A DNA stretch of 64,000 nucleotides from the NCBI GenBank assembly GCA_963825055.1, contig CAWGSK010000030.1:32001-96000 (forward strand), read 5' to 3'. A program made the position numbers and the translations under genes. Positions 17,902 to 27,919 of the stretch are shown one piece after another; position 1 is the first letter of the stretch; each line of letters opens with the position of its first letter. Source of the DNA: an uncultured Gemmatimonadales bacterium. Lineage in GTDB: Bacteria; Gemmatimonadota; Gemmatimonadetes; Gemmatimonadales; GWC2-71-9. The notes beneath the pieces were generated by a model that made no database searches, had not been told where the DNA came from, and saw only the letters and a program-made list of their open reading frames with translations.

Positions 17902-19807
17902 ACAACTGTATCTGCGCCCCCATCTCCACCACCCGGTTCGGCGGCAGGCCGAAGTAGGCGGTGGCGGTGCGGGCGTTTCGCGTCATGATGATGAAGAGTC
18001 GTTTGCGCCAGCCCGCCATCTTCGACTTGCCGGTGGGAAGCAGGGTCTCCCGGCCCAGGTAGAAGGTCGTCTCCATCAGCTTGATGGAGAGGCCACGGGC
18101 CTCGAGGATTCGCAGCACCGCCGCCATGTCCGGCGACTCCATGAAACCGTAGCGGACCAGCACCTGGAGGAATCCTTCGGTCAGCGGCTTGATCTCCACC
18201 CGCTCGGTTTCTGGGACGGTCGGGATCTCATCCGACACGAAGCTCATCAACAGCACGCGCTCGTGCAGCACCTTGTTGTGCTTGATGTGATGCAGGAGCA
18301 CCGGCGGCGCGCCGCTCACGTCGGAAGTCATGAAGACGGCGGTGCCCGGGACACGCGCGGGCTGGCGGCGGGCGATGTCCCCCAGAAAAAGGTCAATCGG
18401 CAGGGAGTTGCTGCGCATGATGCTGGAAAGGAAGAACCGTCCCCGCTTCCAGGTGGACATCAGGACGAATATGATGCCCGCCACCATCAGTGGGAACCAC
18501 CCGCCATGGGGAATCTTCACGAGGTTGGCGAGCAGGAAGGCCAGGTCGACGAAGAGCAGGGCCGCCCCGAGGATGGCCACCCGCCACCAGCCCCATCGCC
18601 ACCGCTCCCGCGCCACGGCACAGAAGAGAATTGTGGTGACAGCCATGGTACCCGTCACCGCCACGCCGTAGGTCGCGGCCAGTGCCGAGGAGGTCCGGAA
18701 ACCCAGCACCAGCCCCACGCAGGCGATCCCGACGGCGATGTTCACCTCGGGGATGTAGATCTGCCCGACCTCGGTCTCCGAGGTGTGCACAATGGTCACG
18801 CGCGGGCTGTAGCCGAGCTGGACGGCCTGCTGGGTCAGGGAGAACGCCCCGGAGATCAGCGCCTGCGACGCCACCACCGCGGCAGCCGTCGCAATGCCGA
18901 TCATGGGATACAGCGCCCACCCCGGGACCAGCGAATAGAACGGATTGACCGCCGCGGCCGGATTGCGCAGTAGCAGCGCCCCCTGGCCGAAATAGTTGAG
19001 CAGGAGGGCAGGCAGGACGAAACAGAACCAGGCGAGGCGGATCGGCCGCTTGCCGAAATGTCCCATGTCGGCGTAGAGGGCCTCGCCGCCGGTAACCACC
19101 AGGACCACCGCCGCGAGGACGAGGAACCCCGTCTTCCCCTCCCGGCTCAGGAAATCCACCGCGTGGAGCGGCGACAGGGCGCGGAGGACGTCGGGCTCCT
19201 GCAGGATCCCATGCACGCCCAGGGCCGCAATGCACACAAACCACACCGACGTCACCGGCCCGAACATCTTGCCGACCGCCGCGGTCCCGTGCTTCTGCAC
19301 CGCAAACAGCCCGACGATGATGACCAGGCTGATCCAGATGACCCAGTGCTGGAGCGCGGGCGCGGCCACCGCGAGCCCCTCCATCGCCCCGAGGACGGAG
19401 ATGGCCGGCGTGATGATGCCGTCCCCGTAGAGGAGCGCGGAGCCGAACAGCCCGGCCATGATCAGGAGCCAGCGGCGCCCGCGGACGTTGACGCGCGGGC
19501 GGAGGAGGGCGAGCAGGGCCAGAATCCCACCCTCGCCCCGGTTGTCCGCCTGCATCATGAACCCCAGGTACTTGAAGCTCACAATGAAATTGAGTGACCA
19601 GAAGATCAGCGACAGGACCCCCAGCACGTTCGCCGGGGATGCGGTGATACCGTAGACGCCGTAGAAGCACTCCCGCAGGGCGTACAGCGGGCTGGTGCCG
19701 ATATCGCCGTACACCACGCCCAGGGCGGCAAAGGAGAGAAAAAACAGGGCCTTGCCCCGCGGGGACGGGGCGTCGGGCCCTTGGGGCGGCAGGGGCGTCT
19801 CACTCAT
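17900..19807 (-). CDS. kup: Potassium uptake permease Kup
   Basis: GVVYGDIGTSPLY, DNRGEGG, GDGIITPAISV, EALYADMGHFG. Confidence 0.96.
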   Translation of the reverse strand: MSETPLPPQGPDAPSPRGKALFFLSFAALGVVYGDIGTSPLYALRECFYGVYGITASPANVLGVLSLIFWSLNFIVSFKYLGFMMQADNRGEGGILALLALLRPRVNVRGRRWLLIMAGLFGSALLYGDGIITPAISVLGAMEGLAVAAPALQHWVIWISLVIIVGLFAVQKHGTAAVGKMFGPVTSVWFVCIAALGVHGILQEPDVLRALSPLHAVDFLSREGKTGFLVLAAVVLVVTGGEALYADMGHFGKRPIRLAWFCFVLPALLLNYFGQGALLLRNPAAAVNPFYSLVPGWALYPMIGIATAAAVVASQALISGAFSLTQQAVQLGYSPRVTIVHTSETEVGQIYIPEVNIAVGIACVGLVLGFRTSSALAATYGVAVTGTMAVTTILFCAVARERWRWGWWRVAILGAALLFVDLAFLLANLVKIPHGGWFPLMVAGIIFVLMSTWKRGRFFLSSIMRSNSLPIDLFLGDIARRQPARVPGTAVFMTSDVSGAPPVLLHHIKHNKVLHERVLLMSFVSDEIPTVPETERVEIKPLTEGFLQVLVRYGFMESPDMAAVLRILEARGLSIKLMETTFYLGRETLLPTGKSKMAGWRKRLFIIMTRNARTATAYFGLPPNRVVEMGAQIQL

Positions 19808-20238
19808 GCCGCCATCCGGGGGCGCGAGGATCGCCAGGCAAGGAGGGAGGCGATGAACAGCAGCAGGACGATGACCGCCGACCCGACGCACCAGCGGCAG
19901 ATGGCATGGATCACGAACAGTTCGAGCGCGGTGAGGTACGCGGCAAACGCGAGCGCGCCACCACTCAGGGCCACCAGTACGGCATCGGGCCAGGTCCGCC
20001 CGGCGTAACGGGCGGACAGTCCGGCGAGGGCCACGCCCAGCATCAGGACGTATCCCACCAGGCCGATGAGCGAGACCTCCACGCCAAGGAACCGGGCGTA
20101 TGGGCTCAGTTGAACGGTCTCACACCCGCCAGTACCGCACGCCAGCGTGCCGATGTACCCGAGCTTGTACAGGTAGAGGTAGGCCGCCACGAACACGCCC
20201 GCGAGGCTGAGGATGGCGGCCGCCATCCGGTATTTCAT
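19804..20238 (-). CDS. Vitamin K epoxide reductase (VKOR) family protein
   Basis: C-x4-C loop (CGTGGC), VQLSPY, CRWC active site. Confidence 0.9.
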   Translation of the reverse strand: MKYRMAAAILSLAGVFVAAYLYLYKLGYIGTLACGTGGCETVQLSPYARFLGVEVSLIGLVGYVLMLGVALAGLSARYAGRTWPDAVLVALSGGALAFAAYLTALELFVIHAICRWCVGSAVIVLLLFIASLLAWRSSRPRMAA

Positions 20239-20924
20239 GGGGTCGTGTCAGCGGCGATGAGCGTGTTGACCATCTGCTCGATCCGGTCGGAGCCGACCGC
20301 GCCGGGCACGAGCGTATTCCCGATCACGAACGTGGGCGTGGAGTTGGCGCCGACCCGGACGGCTTCCTGGAGGCTGGCCTCAATGCGCCCGGCGTACTTC
20401 GCCGACTCCATGCAGGCATCGTACTGGCCCATGTCCAGGCCGTTCTGCTTCGCGTAGTCCCGGAAAAGGTTTCCAGCGTTGTTCGACGCCGACCACGCGG
20501 CCTGCCCGTCGTACAGGGCGGCATGCTGCTCCCAGAACTTCCCCTGCTCGTCAGCGCAGGCGGCGGAGTGGGCCGCCAGCCGCGAATGAGAGTGGATGTT
20601 CAGCGGGAAGTCCCGGTACCGCCAGCGGACCTTGCCGGTCTCGATGAGGCGCCGCTTCACCGCCCCGAACTGCTGGAGTTCGAACCCCTGACAGGCAGGA
20701 CACTGATAATCCGCATACTCGGTGATCATGACCGGCGCGGTCTCGCTGCCGAGGTAGTAGCCGCTGAACCCCGCGGTGTCGGACGCGACGATCTGCACGT
20801 CGGCGGGGATCGTCACGTTCCCGGGACGGTTGAAGACAATCCAGGCCAGGCCCCCAAACCCGGCTACCGCCAGTACCACGAATACCACGTAGAAGCGGCC
20901 TAGTCCCCCCTCGGTGGACGCCAT
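20235..20924 (-). CDS. DsbA/BdbD-like thioredoxin-fold disulfide oxidoreductase
   Basis: EYADYQCPAC, RDFPL, STPTF; N-terminal TM anchor; adjacent to VKOR. Confidence 0.9.
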   Translation of the reverse strand: MASTEGGLGRFYVVFVVLAVAGFGGLAWIVFNRPGNVTIPADVQIVASDTAGFSGYYLGSETAPVMITEYADYQCPACQGFELQQFGAVKRRLIETGKVRWRYRDFPLNIHSHSRLAAHSAACADEQGKFWEQHAALYDGQAAWSASNNAGNLFRDYAKQNGLDMGQYDACMESAKYAGRIEASLQEAVRVGANSTPTFVIGNTLVPGAVGSDRIEQMVNTLIAADTTP

Positions 20925-21217
20925 GGATCGTCTTCCTCCGGTTCATCGCTGCTTGGTGTGAAGCCGGATCCCCGGGCCTCCTCCACGATACGGCGGCTCT
21001 CGGCGATTTCCGGCGTGTCGTATGTGCACCTGACCTCGTAGTGGAACAACTCACTGCGGGCCTCGCCCAGCAACCGGATGAGCTCCGGAACGTGCCCCAG
21101 GAGGTCATCCGCCCCATCCAGGCGGTCGATCCGATCCCTCAACTCACGCAACAGCGCCCGCAGACGATCAGCCCGCTCCCTGCCGTAGATTTCTTCGTGA
21201 TCCGCCACGCCAGCCAT
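20900..21217 (-). CDS. Hypothetical helical protein
   Basis: Coding-like ORF heading the dsbA-vkor-kup run. Confidence 0.6.
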   Translation of the reverse strand: MAGVADHEEIYGRERADRLRALLRELRDRIDRLDGADDLLGHVPELIRLLGEARSELFHYEVRCTYDTPEIAESRRIVEEARGSGFTPSSDEPEEDDPWRPPRGD

Positions 21218-21303
21218 CCTTCAGCGAACCGAAGTCCGCCCGGGTCCGTAAGAGAAGTAGGGAAACATAACTACGGGCCCAGACCACGGGGCGTATGTTC
21301 GGT

Positions 21304-21332
21304 TTGCACCAATCGGTGCAAGCATGTATATT
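21304..21332 (+). promoter_or_regulatory. Sigma70 promoter overlapped by a palindromic operator
   Basis: TTGCAC-N17-TATATT; inverted repeat TTGCACC-aatc-GGTGCAA (21304-21321). Confidence 0.55.
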
Positions 21333-21366
21333 AAGAGGATACTGAAACCACTTTGGAGGGTGATGC

Positions 21367-21645
21367 ATGGCCAAGAAAAAGACCGGGCAGTCCGAATTCC
21401 CTCCTGCGTTCAGCCAAGCACGTGATGAGATGTTCAGCCATATCCTCCGCTGCGGCGTGCTGGAGGCAGAGCCTCCGCACCAGAAGGAATGGTTCGATGA
21501 TACCATGCTGTACCTCGCGGAGCGCTACGAGCAGCTGAGCGAGGAGGCACTGGCCGAGCTTCGAGTCCTGGGCGAGCGGTATTGCCAGCCGGTAATCAAC
21601 AACCGGGTGGCCGAGCCGGAAACGGCCGGAGCCGCCTCGGAGTAA
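21367..21645 (+). CDS. Hypothetical protein (92 aa)
   Basis: GGAGG RBS, promoter upstream, terminator-like hairpin downstream. Confidence 0.75.
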   Translation: MAKKKTGQSEFPPAFSQARDEMFSHILRCGVLEAEPPHQKEWFDDTMLYLAERYEQLSEEALAELRVLGERYCQPVINNRVAEPETAGAASE

Positions 21646-21685
21646 CGCAGGTGACCGGGCCACCGCCCGGTATATAGAGCATGAA

Positions 21686-21723
21686 GACGCGGCCCGCCGG
21701 AATCCGGCGGGCCGCGTCCTTTC
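21686..21723. terminator. Intrinsic terminator-like hairpin between convergent genes
   Basis: Perfect 15-bp stem gacgcggcccgccgg-aat-ccggcgggccgcgtc followed by ctttc. Confidence 0.75.
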
Positions 21724-21729
21724 ATATCA

Positions 21730-22176
21730 TCAGCGTGCCCGGCGCCAGCGCCAGGCAGCCCCTACGCGCACGCCGCCTCCCAATCCGACCTCCAGCGCCC
21801 AGCCGGCCGGCAGCGCGGGCGCCGACTCCACCCCGAAAACCAGCACGACATAGCCGTCCGTGCCGTCCCCGCTCACCAGCGCAATGCCCCCGCCGGCGTA
21901 GGGCGTCAGCCCCGTGGTGCTGGGCTGGAGGAGGAAATGAGCGACGAGTTCGCCCCGGGCCGCCGGGTCCCCGCCCCGGCTGCCACCCAGGAGACCCGCC
22001 ATCACGCGCGAATGGGACGAGCGGAGCGCAACGAAGCCACCAGCACCCGCGAAGTCGCGATCGGCGAACGTCGCCACCGCGAGAGGCCCGTACTCCATCA
22101 CCCGCTGGGCGCGGGCGGGGGCCGGGAGGATCGACCCCGCCCCCAGCACGATCAGGCTAGTCCAGCACCACTTCAT
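21730..22176 (-). CDS. Small secreted/outer-membrane beta-barrel-like protein
   Basis: Signal peptide (PARA-Q), TPYAGGGI, alternating beta strands, terminal WRW. Confidence 0.6.
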   Translation of the reverse strand: MKWCWTSLIVLGAGSILPAPARAQRVMEYGPLAVATFADRDFAGAGGFVALRSSHSRVMAGLLGGSRGGDPAARGELVAHFLLQPSTTGLTPYAGGGIALVSGDGTDGYVVLVFGVESAPALPAGWALEVGLGGGVRVGAAWRWRRAR

Positions 22177-22567
22177 GCGTGATGTCGATGTCGGGGGCCA
22201 GGGAGTGAACCACCGAGCAGTATTTCTCGAGGCTCAGTTCCACCGCGCGCCCAGCCTTTGCCTCGTCCAGACCGTCACCCCGCAGGTGGTAGGCGAGGTG
22301 CAGGGCGACATATCGCCGCGGCTCCTCCTCGCGGCGGGTCCCGGAAGCCTCCACCCGGAACGCACGCAGGTCGATCCGCATCTTCTGGATGATGTGGACG
22401 ACGTCCGCCGCACTGCACGATGCGACGGCCAGCAGGAGCGTCAGCATCGGCCCCGGACCCATCGCGTTGTCGCCGTCGATGGTGATCCAGGGACGGTTCG
22501 CCTCCCCGCCCTCGAACCGCAGGTCCTTCTTCCAGTCCAGTGTGATGCGCTTGATTTCCTGGGCCAC
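22157..22567 (-). CDS. OsmC/YhfA family protein
   Basis: GPGPM...ASCSAADV, SLEKYCSV; GTG start 22567. Confidence 0.9.
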   Translation of the reverse strand: MAQEIKRITLDWKKDLRFEGGEANRPWITIDGDNAMGPGPMLTLLLAVASCSAADVVHIIQKMRIDLRAFRVEASGTRREEEPRRYVALHLAYHLRGDGLDEAKAGRAVELSLEKYCSVVHSLAPDIDITHEVVLD

Positions 22568-22580
22568 GTGGCACCCTCGG

Positions 22581-23159
22581 TCAGGTGGATCCGGGCGCTG
22601 GCCCGGAAGGATCGCGCGGCGCGGTACGAAGCCGGCGGGCCTCGCGCGATGCGACGCGCTGGTAGTCATACACGGCGTACAGCCCCATCCCGGCCGTCGC
22701 CCAGGCCAGGGGCCGGAGCAGCACCGAGTCCGCCAGGAATGCGACCAGGGTGAGGACCTGCGCCAGGGTCACGGCCTTCCCGCCGGCACGAGCCGGAATG
22801 GCGGCAGCTTTCTTCCGCCGGAGCGTGACGAGGAACGCGAGCGTCGCCCAGGCGTCCCGAACCAGAACCCCGGCGACTTCGTAGAACTGGAGCCGGCCGG
22901 AGACGGCCACCACTCCGAATGCCGCGGCCATGAACAGCTTGTCCGCGATCGGATCGAAGACGGGGCCCAGCCTGGACCCGCCCCAGCGCCGTGCCAGGTA
23001 GCCATCGAGAAGGTCTGACGCCGCGGCCGCTGCCAGGATAGCGAACCGGACCCCGGTCCCCGGCACCAGCACGAAGGCGACCGCGAGCGGGATCCGGAGG
23101 ACCGATAACGTGTCGGCCGGAGACCACCGGCCGGGTTGCTCAGCCACCCGCCGGCCCAT
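22581..23159 (-). CDS. CDP-alcohol phosphatidyltransferase
   Basis: DLLDGYLARR...GPVFDPIADK. Confidence 0.9.
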   Translation of the reverse strand: MGRRVAEQPGRWSPADTLSVLRIPLAVAFVLVPGTGVRFAILAAAAASDLLDGYLARRWGGSRLGPVFDPIADKLFMAAAFGVVAVSGRLQFYEVAGVLVRDAWATLAFLVTLRRKKAAAIPARAGGKAVTLAQVLTLVAFLADSVLLRPLAWATAGMGLYAVYDYQRVASREARRLRTAPRDPSGPAPGST

Positions 23160-23200
23160 ACCTTCGGACGAGCCCCCACTTCCCCGCCCCGGACAGGCCC

Positions 23201-23659
23201 ATGGACCTCACGCTGCTGCGCCAGACCGCCATCTTCGCCGACATTGACGACGGCGAGATCATGCGCGTCGCCGAAACCTGCCAGGAGCTCACGTTCGGTG
23301 GAGGAGACTTCGTGTTCCACGAAGGGGAACCCGGCAACCGGCTGTACATCGTCGCCGAAGGCGAGGTACGAATCAGCCGCAACATTCCAGGCTCAGGCGA
23401 GGAAGCCCTCGCGGTCCTGAAACCCGGCGCGTGTTTCGGGGAGATGTCGGTCTTCGACCGTTCCCAGCGGTCCACCGATGCGATCGCCAATGGGCCCTGC
23501 CGCCTCATCTCCATCTCCCGATCCGATTTCGAACTCCTGCTCGACTTCAACCGCGAGCTCGCTCACAAGGTGCTCTGGTCCGTTGTCCGGCTGCTCTCCA
23601 CGCGGCTCCGCGTTACGAACGATAACCTCCGGACCTTCCTGGCGATGTCGATGTTCTGA
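23201..23659 (+). CDS. Stand-alone cyclic nucleotide-binding domain protein
   Basis: HEGEPGNRLYIV, FGEMSV...RSTDA; no HTH. Confidence 0.9.
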   Translation: MDLTLLRQTAIFADIDDGEIMRVAETCQELTFGGGDFVFHEGEPGNRLYIVAEGEVRISRNIPGSGEEALAVLKPGACFGEMSVFDRSQRSTDAIANGPCRLISISRSDFELLLDFNRELAHKVLWSVVRLLSTRLRVTNDNLRTFLAMSMF

Positions 23660-23729
23660 CAGACGGACAGACGGACAGGCGGTCAGTCGGTCGGTGGGTC
23701 CGCCTGACCGCCCGTCCGCCCGTCCGTCC
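23657..23729. repeat. Inverted pair of octamer arrays (GACGGACA)n ... (CGTCCGYC)n
   Basis: gacggaca gacggaca ggcggtca gtcggtcg ... tgaccgcc cgtccgcc cgtccgtc between convergent genes. Confidence 0.82.
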
Positions 23730-26316
23730 CGCGCACCACCCCCTCGGCCCTCCGCCCATCTCCCAGTATCTCCCCCGCCACCCGCTGGACGTCGCCCCGC
23801 GTCACTGATCGATAGCCCGCGGCCGGGTCCTGCAGGTCACGAAGGCCGGTGCCGATCAGCCACGCCTCGAGTATCTCACCCAGGACAGCCGATCCGCTCT
23901 GGCGGCTGACCAGCGCCTGTCCGGCCAGGTACTCCACGGCGCGCTCAAGCTCCTTCTCCTCGACCGGTTCCCGGATGAACCGGTCGAGCTCAGCCAGCAT
24001 CGCATCTCGTGCTTCGGCTTCGCGTGACGGCGCCATGGCGATGTAGGTCAGGAAAGCCCCGGCCCCGCCTCGCTGCCACGACGACGCAAGGACGGTATAG
24101 GCCAGGCTGCGCCGATCGCGGAGAGCCTCGAACAGCCTGCCTCCCAGTCCACTGGCGATCGCGCTCAATACCTCGGCGGTATGCCTGTCCGCCGCACGCC
24201 GGGACGGACCGGGGAAAATCATCGCCAGGGCAGTCTGCGCCCTGGCCCGTTCCTTCACGTCCTGAAGCACGCCCGTCATTCCCATCGTCTGCGCGAGGCC
24301 GCCCTCACTCGCCGGAGTCTCCGGGAGATCCGCGACGACGCCGGCCAGCGTCTCCATCATCTGCCCGGGCTCCAGGTCGCCGACCGCCACCAGGACCGGA
24401 CGCGCAGCCCGGGAGCTACGATGCCAGTCGCGCAGGTCCTCCACACCGATCCCCATCAGGGTATCGGGAAGGCCATGCACCGGGAGACCGTAGCCCTGGT
24501 CGCCAAACGCCGCCCGGAATCCGAGAAGCAGCGGATAACGGACCATGTCGTTCTCGACCTGCCGCGCCTCTTCAACCAGGAGCGAGCGTTCACGCGCCAC
24601 ATCCTCGTCCCGGTACTCGGGCGTTGCCTCCACGGCCGCCAGCAGCGATGCCGCCTCGGCCATCCGGTCGCTGCGCACGGTGACGGCAAAACCGGTCCAG
24701 TCGGCGGCAGCCGAGGTGCCCAGCGCACCACCGAGCCGTTCGAAGGCGAAGGCAAGTTCCGCGGCATCCCGGCCGGCTGCCCCACGCACGGCCGCGCGCG
24801 CCGCAAGTGCGGCAAGCCCCGCCTTCGCGGGCGGGTCCGCCAGAAGGCGGCGGCGGTAGAACCCCATCGTGACCAGGGGAACGCCGGCCTTTTGCCGCAC
24901 AAGGAGGTCCGCCGCGGGAAGCTCGGCGTGCAGTACGCCGGATTTCATGGACGACCGGACGGAGCGTGAAACAACCGTCTCCGGTGGCCGAGGTACCTGG
25001 TCCGTCACAACCGGCAACGCGACCACCGCCAGCGCACGCTCGACCGCCTCGACCGTGAGGTCGTCGCCGCGGCCTTCGGGGAGATGGACGACGGCACTGA
25101 TGGTTCCCGGATCGAGATATCGCAGCGCCGCCTCGCGGACCTCCTCGGCGGTCACCCGTCCGAGCGCTTCATAGGCGCGATCCAGGTAGGCGACATCCTG
25201 CAGCGCCTCAGCGGAGGCGAGCGCACTCGCCCGGCCATCCATCGATTCCAGCTGGCGCGCCCAGCGCGTCAGGAGGAGTGCGCGCGCACGCTCCATGTCG
25301 CCGGGGCGCGGACCGGACATGGCCAGCCGCGAAACCCCCTCGGCGATTCCGGTCAGGACAGCGGGGATCCGCTCCGGTTCCGTCTCCGCCGTGATGCTGA
25401 AGACACCGAGCTCAGTCGGGGTGTAGTGGTGGCACCCGACCGACGTGACCAGCCCTGTCGTCCGGAGCCCCTGGTAGAGCCAGCTCCCCCGGCCCAGTCC
25501 CAGCACGGCAGCGACGAGATCGAGCGCGGGAGCGTCGGGATGCAGCGGTGGCACGCCACGCCAGCCCAGGGCGAGCTGGGCCCCGACAATATCACCGCGG
25601 AGCGTCCGTACGTGGACGCCGTCCCGGGCAGGCTCCCCTGGCGATGGCGCGATCACGCCCGCTTCCGCGGACCAGTCGCCGTAAGCCTCATGCGCCAGCC
25701 GGACCGCTGCCGCCACGTCGATATCACCCACGATCGCCACGATGGTCCGTGACGGGACGTAGCGCGACGTGTAATACCCCCACACGTCTTCGCGTGTCAG
25801 CCGGGAGAGTTCCTCCTCGGTACCGATTCTCCAGCGCCGGATCCGGTGCCGGTCGTACATGACTTCATGGAGTGTTTCCCAGGTCACCGCCGCAGGCGAG
25901 TCCTTCTTCCGTCGGGCTTCCTGGATAATCACCTGGAGTTCGCGGGCCAGCTCACCTTCATCGACCACCGAGTGGCGCAGGGCGTCCGACTGGATGTCCA
26001 GCGCCGTCTCCAGCCGGTCGGCGGGCAGTACCACGTAGTAGGAAGTGTGATCGTAGCCGGTACCGGCGTTGAGATACCCACCTGCCGCCTTGGTTTCCCG
26101 CGCAATGTCCCCGACTCCGCGGCGCCGGGTTCCCTTGAAGAACATGTGTTCCAGCACGTGCGAGATCCCGACCCATTGATCGGGCTCGTCGAAAAAACCG
26201 GCCTCGACGTGGGTCACCACGGCCGCGGCCGGCGCAGAGGGGTCGCGCTGGACCAGGAGCCGCAGCCCGTTGGGCAGGACCTCGCGGTGAACGGTGTCCG
26301 TCCAGGTCTGGCTCAT
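23683..26316 (-). CDS. M16 (pitrilysin/insulinase-like) zinc peptidase, two-lobed
   Basis: LPNGL, HVLEHMFFKGT inverted zinc motif, RLFEALRDRRSLAY; start MSQTW at 26316. Confidence 0.92.
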   Translation of the reverse strand: MSQTWTDTVHREVLPNGLRLLVQRDPSAPAAAVVTHVEAGFFDEPDQWVGISHVLEHMFFKGTRRRGVGDIARETKAAGGYLNAGTGYDHTSYYVVLPADRLETALDIQSDALRHSVVDEGELARELQVIIQEARRKKDSPAAVTWETLHEVMYDRHRIRRWRIGTEEELSRLTREDVWGYYTSRYVPSRTIVAIVGDIDVAAAVRLAHEAYGDWSAEAGVIAPSPGEPARDGVHVRTLRGDIVGAQLALGWRGVPPLHPDAPALDLVAAVLGLGRGSWLYQGLRTTGLVTSVGCHHYTPTELGVFSITAETEPERIPAVLTGIAEGVSRLAMSGPRPGDMERARALLLTRWARQLESMDGRASALASAEALQDVAYLDRAYEALGRVTAEEVREAALRYLDPGTISAVVHLPEGRGDDLTVEAVERALAVVALPVVTDQVPRPPETVVSRSVRSSMKSGVLHAELPAADLLVRQKAGVPLVTMGFYRRRLLADPPAKAGLAALAARAAVRGAAGRDAAELAFAFERLGGALGTSAAADWTGFAVTVRSDRMAEAASLLAAVEATPEYRDEDVARERSLLVEEARQVENDMVRYPLLLGFRAAFGDQGYGLPVHGLPDTLMGIGVEDLRDWHRSSRAARPVLVAVGDLEPGQMMETLAGVVADLPETPASEGGLAQTMGMTGVLQDVKERARAQTALAMIFPGPSRRAADRHTAEVLSAIASGLGGRLFEALRDRRSLAYTVLASSWQRGGAGAFLTYIAMAPSREAEARDAMLAELDRFIREPVEEKELERAVEYLAGQALVSRQSGSAVLGEILEAWLIGTGLRDLQDPAAGYRSVTRGDVQRVAGEILGDGRRAEGVVRGTDGRTGGQADPPTD

Positions 26317-27014
26317 TCGCGACCTCCAGCACCCAGGGGACGGAAGCGGAGGATCAGCAGCGCGCCCAGGACCACCCCGCCGCCGTATCCGAGGACGTGC
26401 CACAGGGCTCCCCCGGCTGGCTGTGGGCCGCCGGGCTGGGCCAGATGGAATGGCGGGAGGATGGTGGCGAGCACGCTCCAGCCGCCGGAAAGACTGCCTG
26501 TCTGGTCCAGTTTGTGGAGGACGGATTCGACGACCAGGACAAGAAAGGCGAGGGCCCAGTCGTAGCGGCTCACCGTGGAAGCCAGGAAGACCAGCCCGCC
26601 GAGCAGCAGGTACAGCATCGCCATCCCGCCGAGCAGCGCCGGATCGAGCGTGAACGGCCCGCTCGTGAGTGCGATCGCCCCATAGGCAAGCGGGACGAAG
26701 AGCACCACGGCGATGCCGCCGAGGAGCCATCGCAGCATGTAATGAGAAAGCGGCGAGACCGGCCGGTTGAAGTAGCTGCGGAAGTATCCCCGCCGGAAAT
26801 CACCGCTCACCATCTGGGCCGTGGCGATGAGCACGAACGGGAGTGAGGCCTGCTGGATGACGCTCCCGAGCAGCCGACCCGCCCCCGCCGGCGTTACCCC
26901 CGCCTTCCAGGCTCCGGCGGCCAGCAGGCCCGCGACGATCACGAACAGGGCCGCGGGTCCCATGAGCAGGTCCACCGCGAGCCACGGGACGTACCGGAGC
27001 GGGTTCCGCCTCAT
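26313..27014 (-). CDS. ABC-2-type membrane permease-like protein
   Basis: Multi-TM, DFRRGYFRSYFNRPVS loop, coupled to the ABC ATPase. Confidence 0.72.
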   Translation of the reverse strand: MRRNPLRYVPWLAVDLLMGPAALFVIVAGLLAAGAWKAGVTPAGAGRLLGSVIQQASLPFVLIATAQMVSGDFRRGYFRSYFNRPVSPLSHYMLRWLLGGIAVVLFVPLAYGAIALTSGPFTLDPALLGGMAMLYLLLGGLVFLASTVSRYDWALAFLVLVVESVLHKLDQTGSLSGGWSVLATILPPFHLAQPGGPQPAGGALWHVLGYGGGVVLGALLILRFRPLGAGGRE

Positions 27015-27919
27015 GAGGACTCCCCGACGGCCCGGCGAAAGGCAGCCTCGAGGCGACCCTCCTCGGGATAGAACGCCGTCACCGTCACCCCTGCGCCAAT
27101 GAGGTGCGCGAGGGTGGCATTGAGGGCCGCGAGGTCCCCGGTAAGCCGGAACTCCACTCCGCGACTCTCCGGCAACGGCTCGGCCCCGGCCAGGGCATCG
27201 AGTGCGGGGTGAGGCGCCCGGACCACCAGCCGCCAGGCACCGGCTTCCTCATGATCCCGCGCTTCCACCACGCGCTGGAGCCTTCCATGGTGGAGGATGG
27301 CCACCCGGTCCGCCACCCGCTCGAGCTCGTCCAGGTTGTGCGACGCAATGACGATGGCGCGATCGGGATGGCGCAGTTCGCGGACGATGTCGCGAAACTC
27401 CTGCGTCCAGAGCGGGTCCAGGCCGTGCGTCGGCTCGTCCAGGATCAGAACCTCCCGCGGGGCAAGCACGGCCTGGGCGAGGCCCAGCCGCTGGAGATTG
27501 CCCTTGGAAAGCCGCCGGACCTGGCGGGTGCGGTACTCCTCGAGGCCCAGCCGGTCGGTGACATGGGCCATGCGTTCCCGCAGCTCGATTCGTCCGAGCC
27601 CGTCGAGCGTTCCATAGCGTCGGAGCGCGGAGGAGACCGTCCACCGGCCGGGGACGGCCAGCAGTTCGGGCAGGTATCCGATGCCGTGCCGTTCGACGTA
27701 GGCGCGGGGGGCGGCGCCGTCGATGGTGGCACGGCCGGCGCTGGGGCGCAGGTAGCCGAGAAGGAGAGACAGGAGGGTGGACTTGCCGGCCCCGTTCGGG
27801 CCGGCGATGCCCACTACCTCACCCCGTTCTATCGTGAGGGAGACCTCGTCCAGCGCCTGCACCCGCCGTCGCCGCAGTGGAGAGACGTAGGCCTTGGACA
27901 GGCCCTCCAGCACGATCAT
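27011..27919 (-). CDS. ABC transporter ATP-binding protein
   Basis: GPNGAGKS, LSKGNLQR, ILDEP, SHN; start MIVLE at 27919. Confidence 0.92.
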   Translation of the reverse strand: MIVLEGLSKAYVSPLRRRRVQALDEVSLTIERGEVVGIAGPNGAGKSTLLSLLLGYLRPSAGRATIDGAAPRAYVERHGIGYLPELLAVPGRWTVSSALRRYGTLDGLGRIELRERMAHVTDRLGLEEYRTRQVRRLSKGNLQRLGLAQAVLAPREVLILDEPTHGLDPLWTQEFRDIVRELRHPDRAIVIASHNLDELERVADRVAILHHGRLQRVVEARDHEEAGAWRLVVRAPHPALDALAGAEPLPESRGVEFRLTGDLAALNATLAHLIGAGVTVTAFYPEEGRLEAAFRRAVGESS

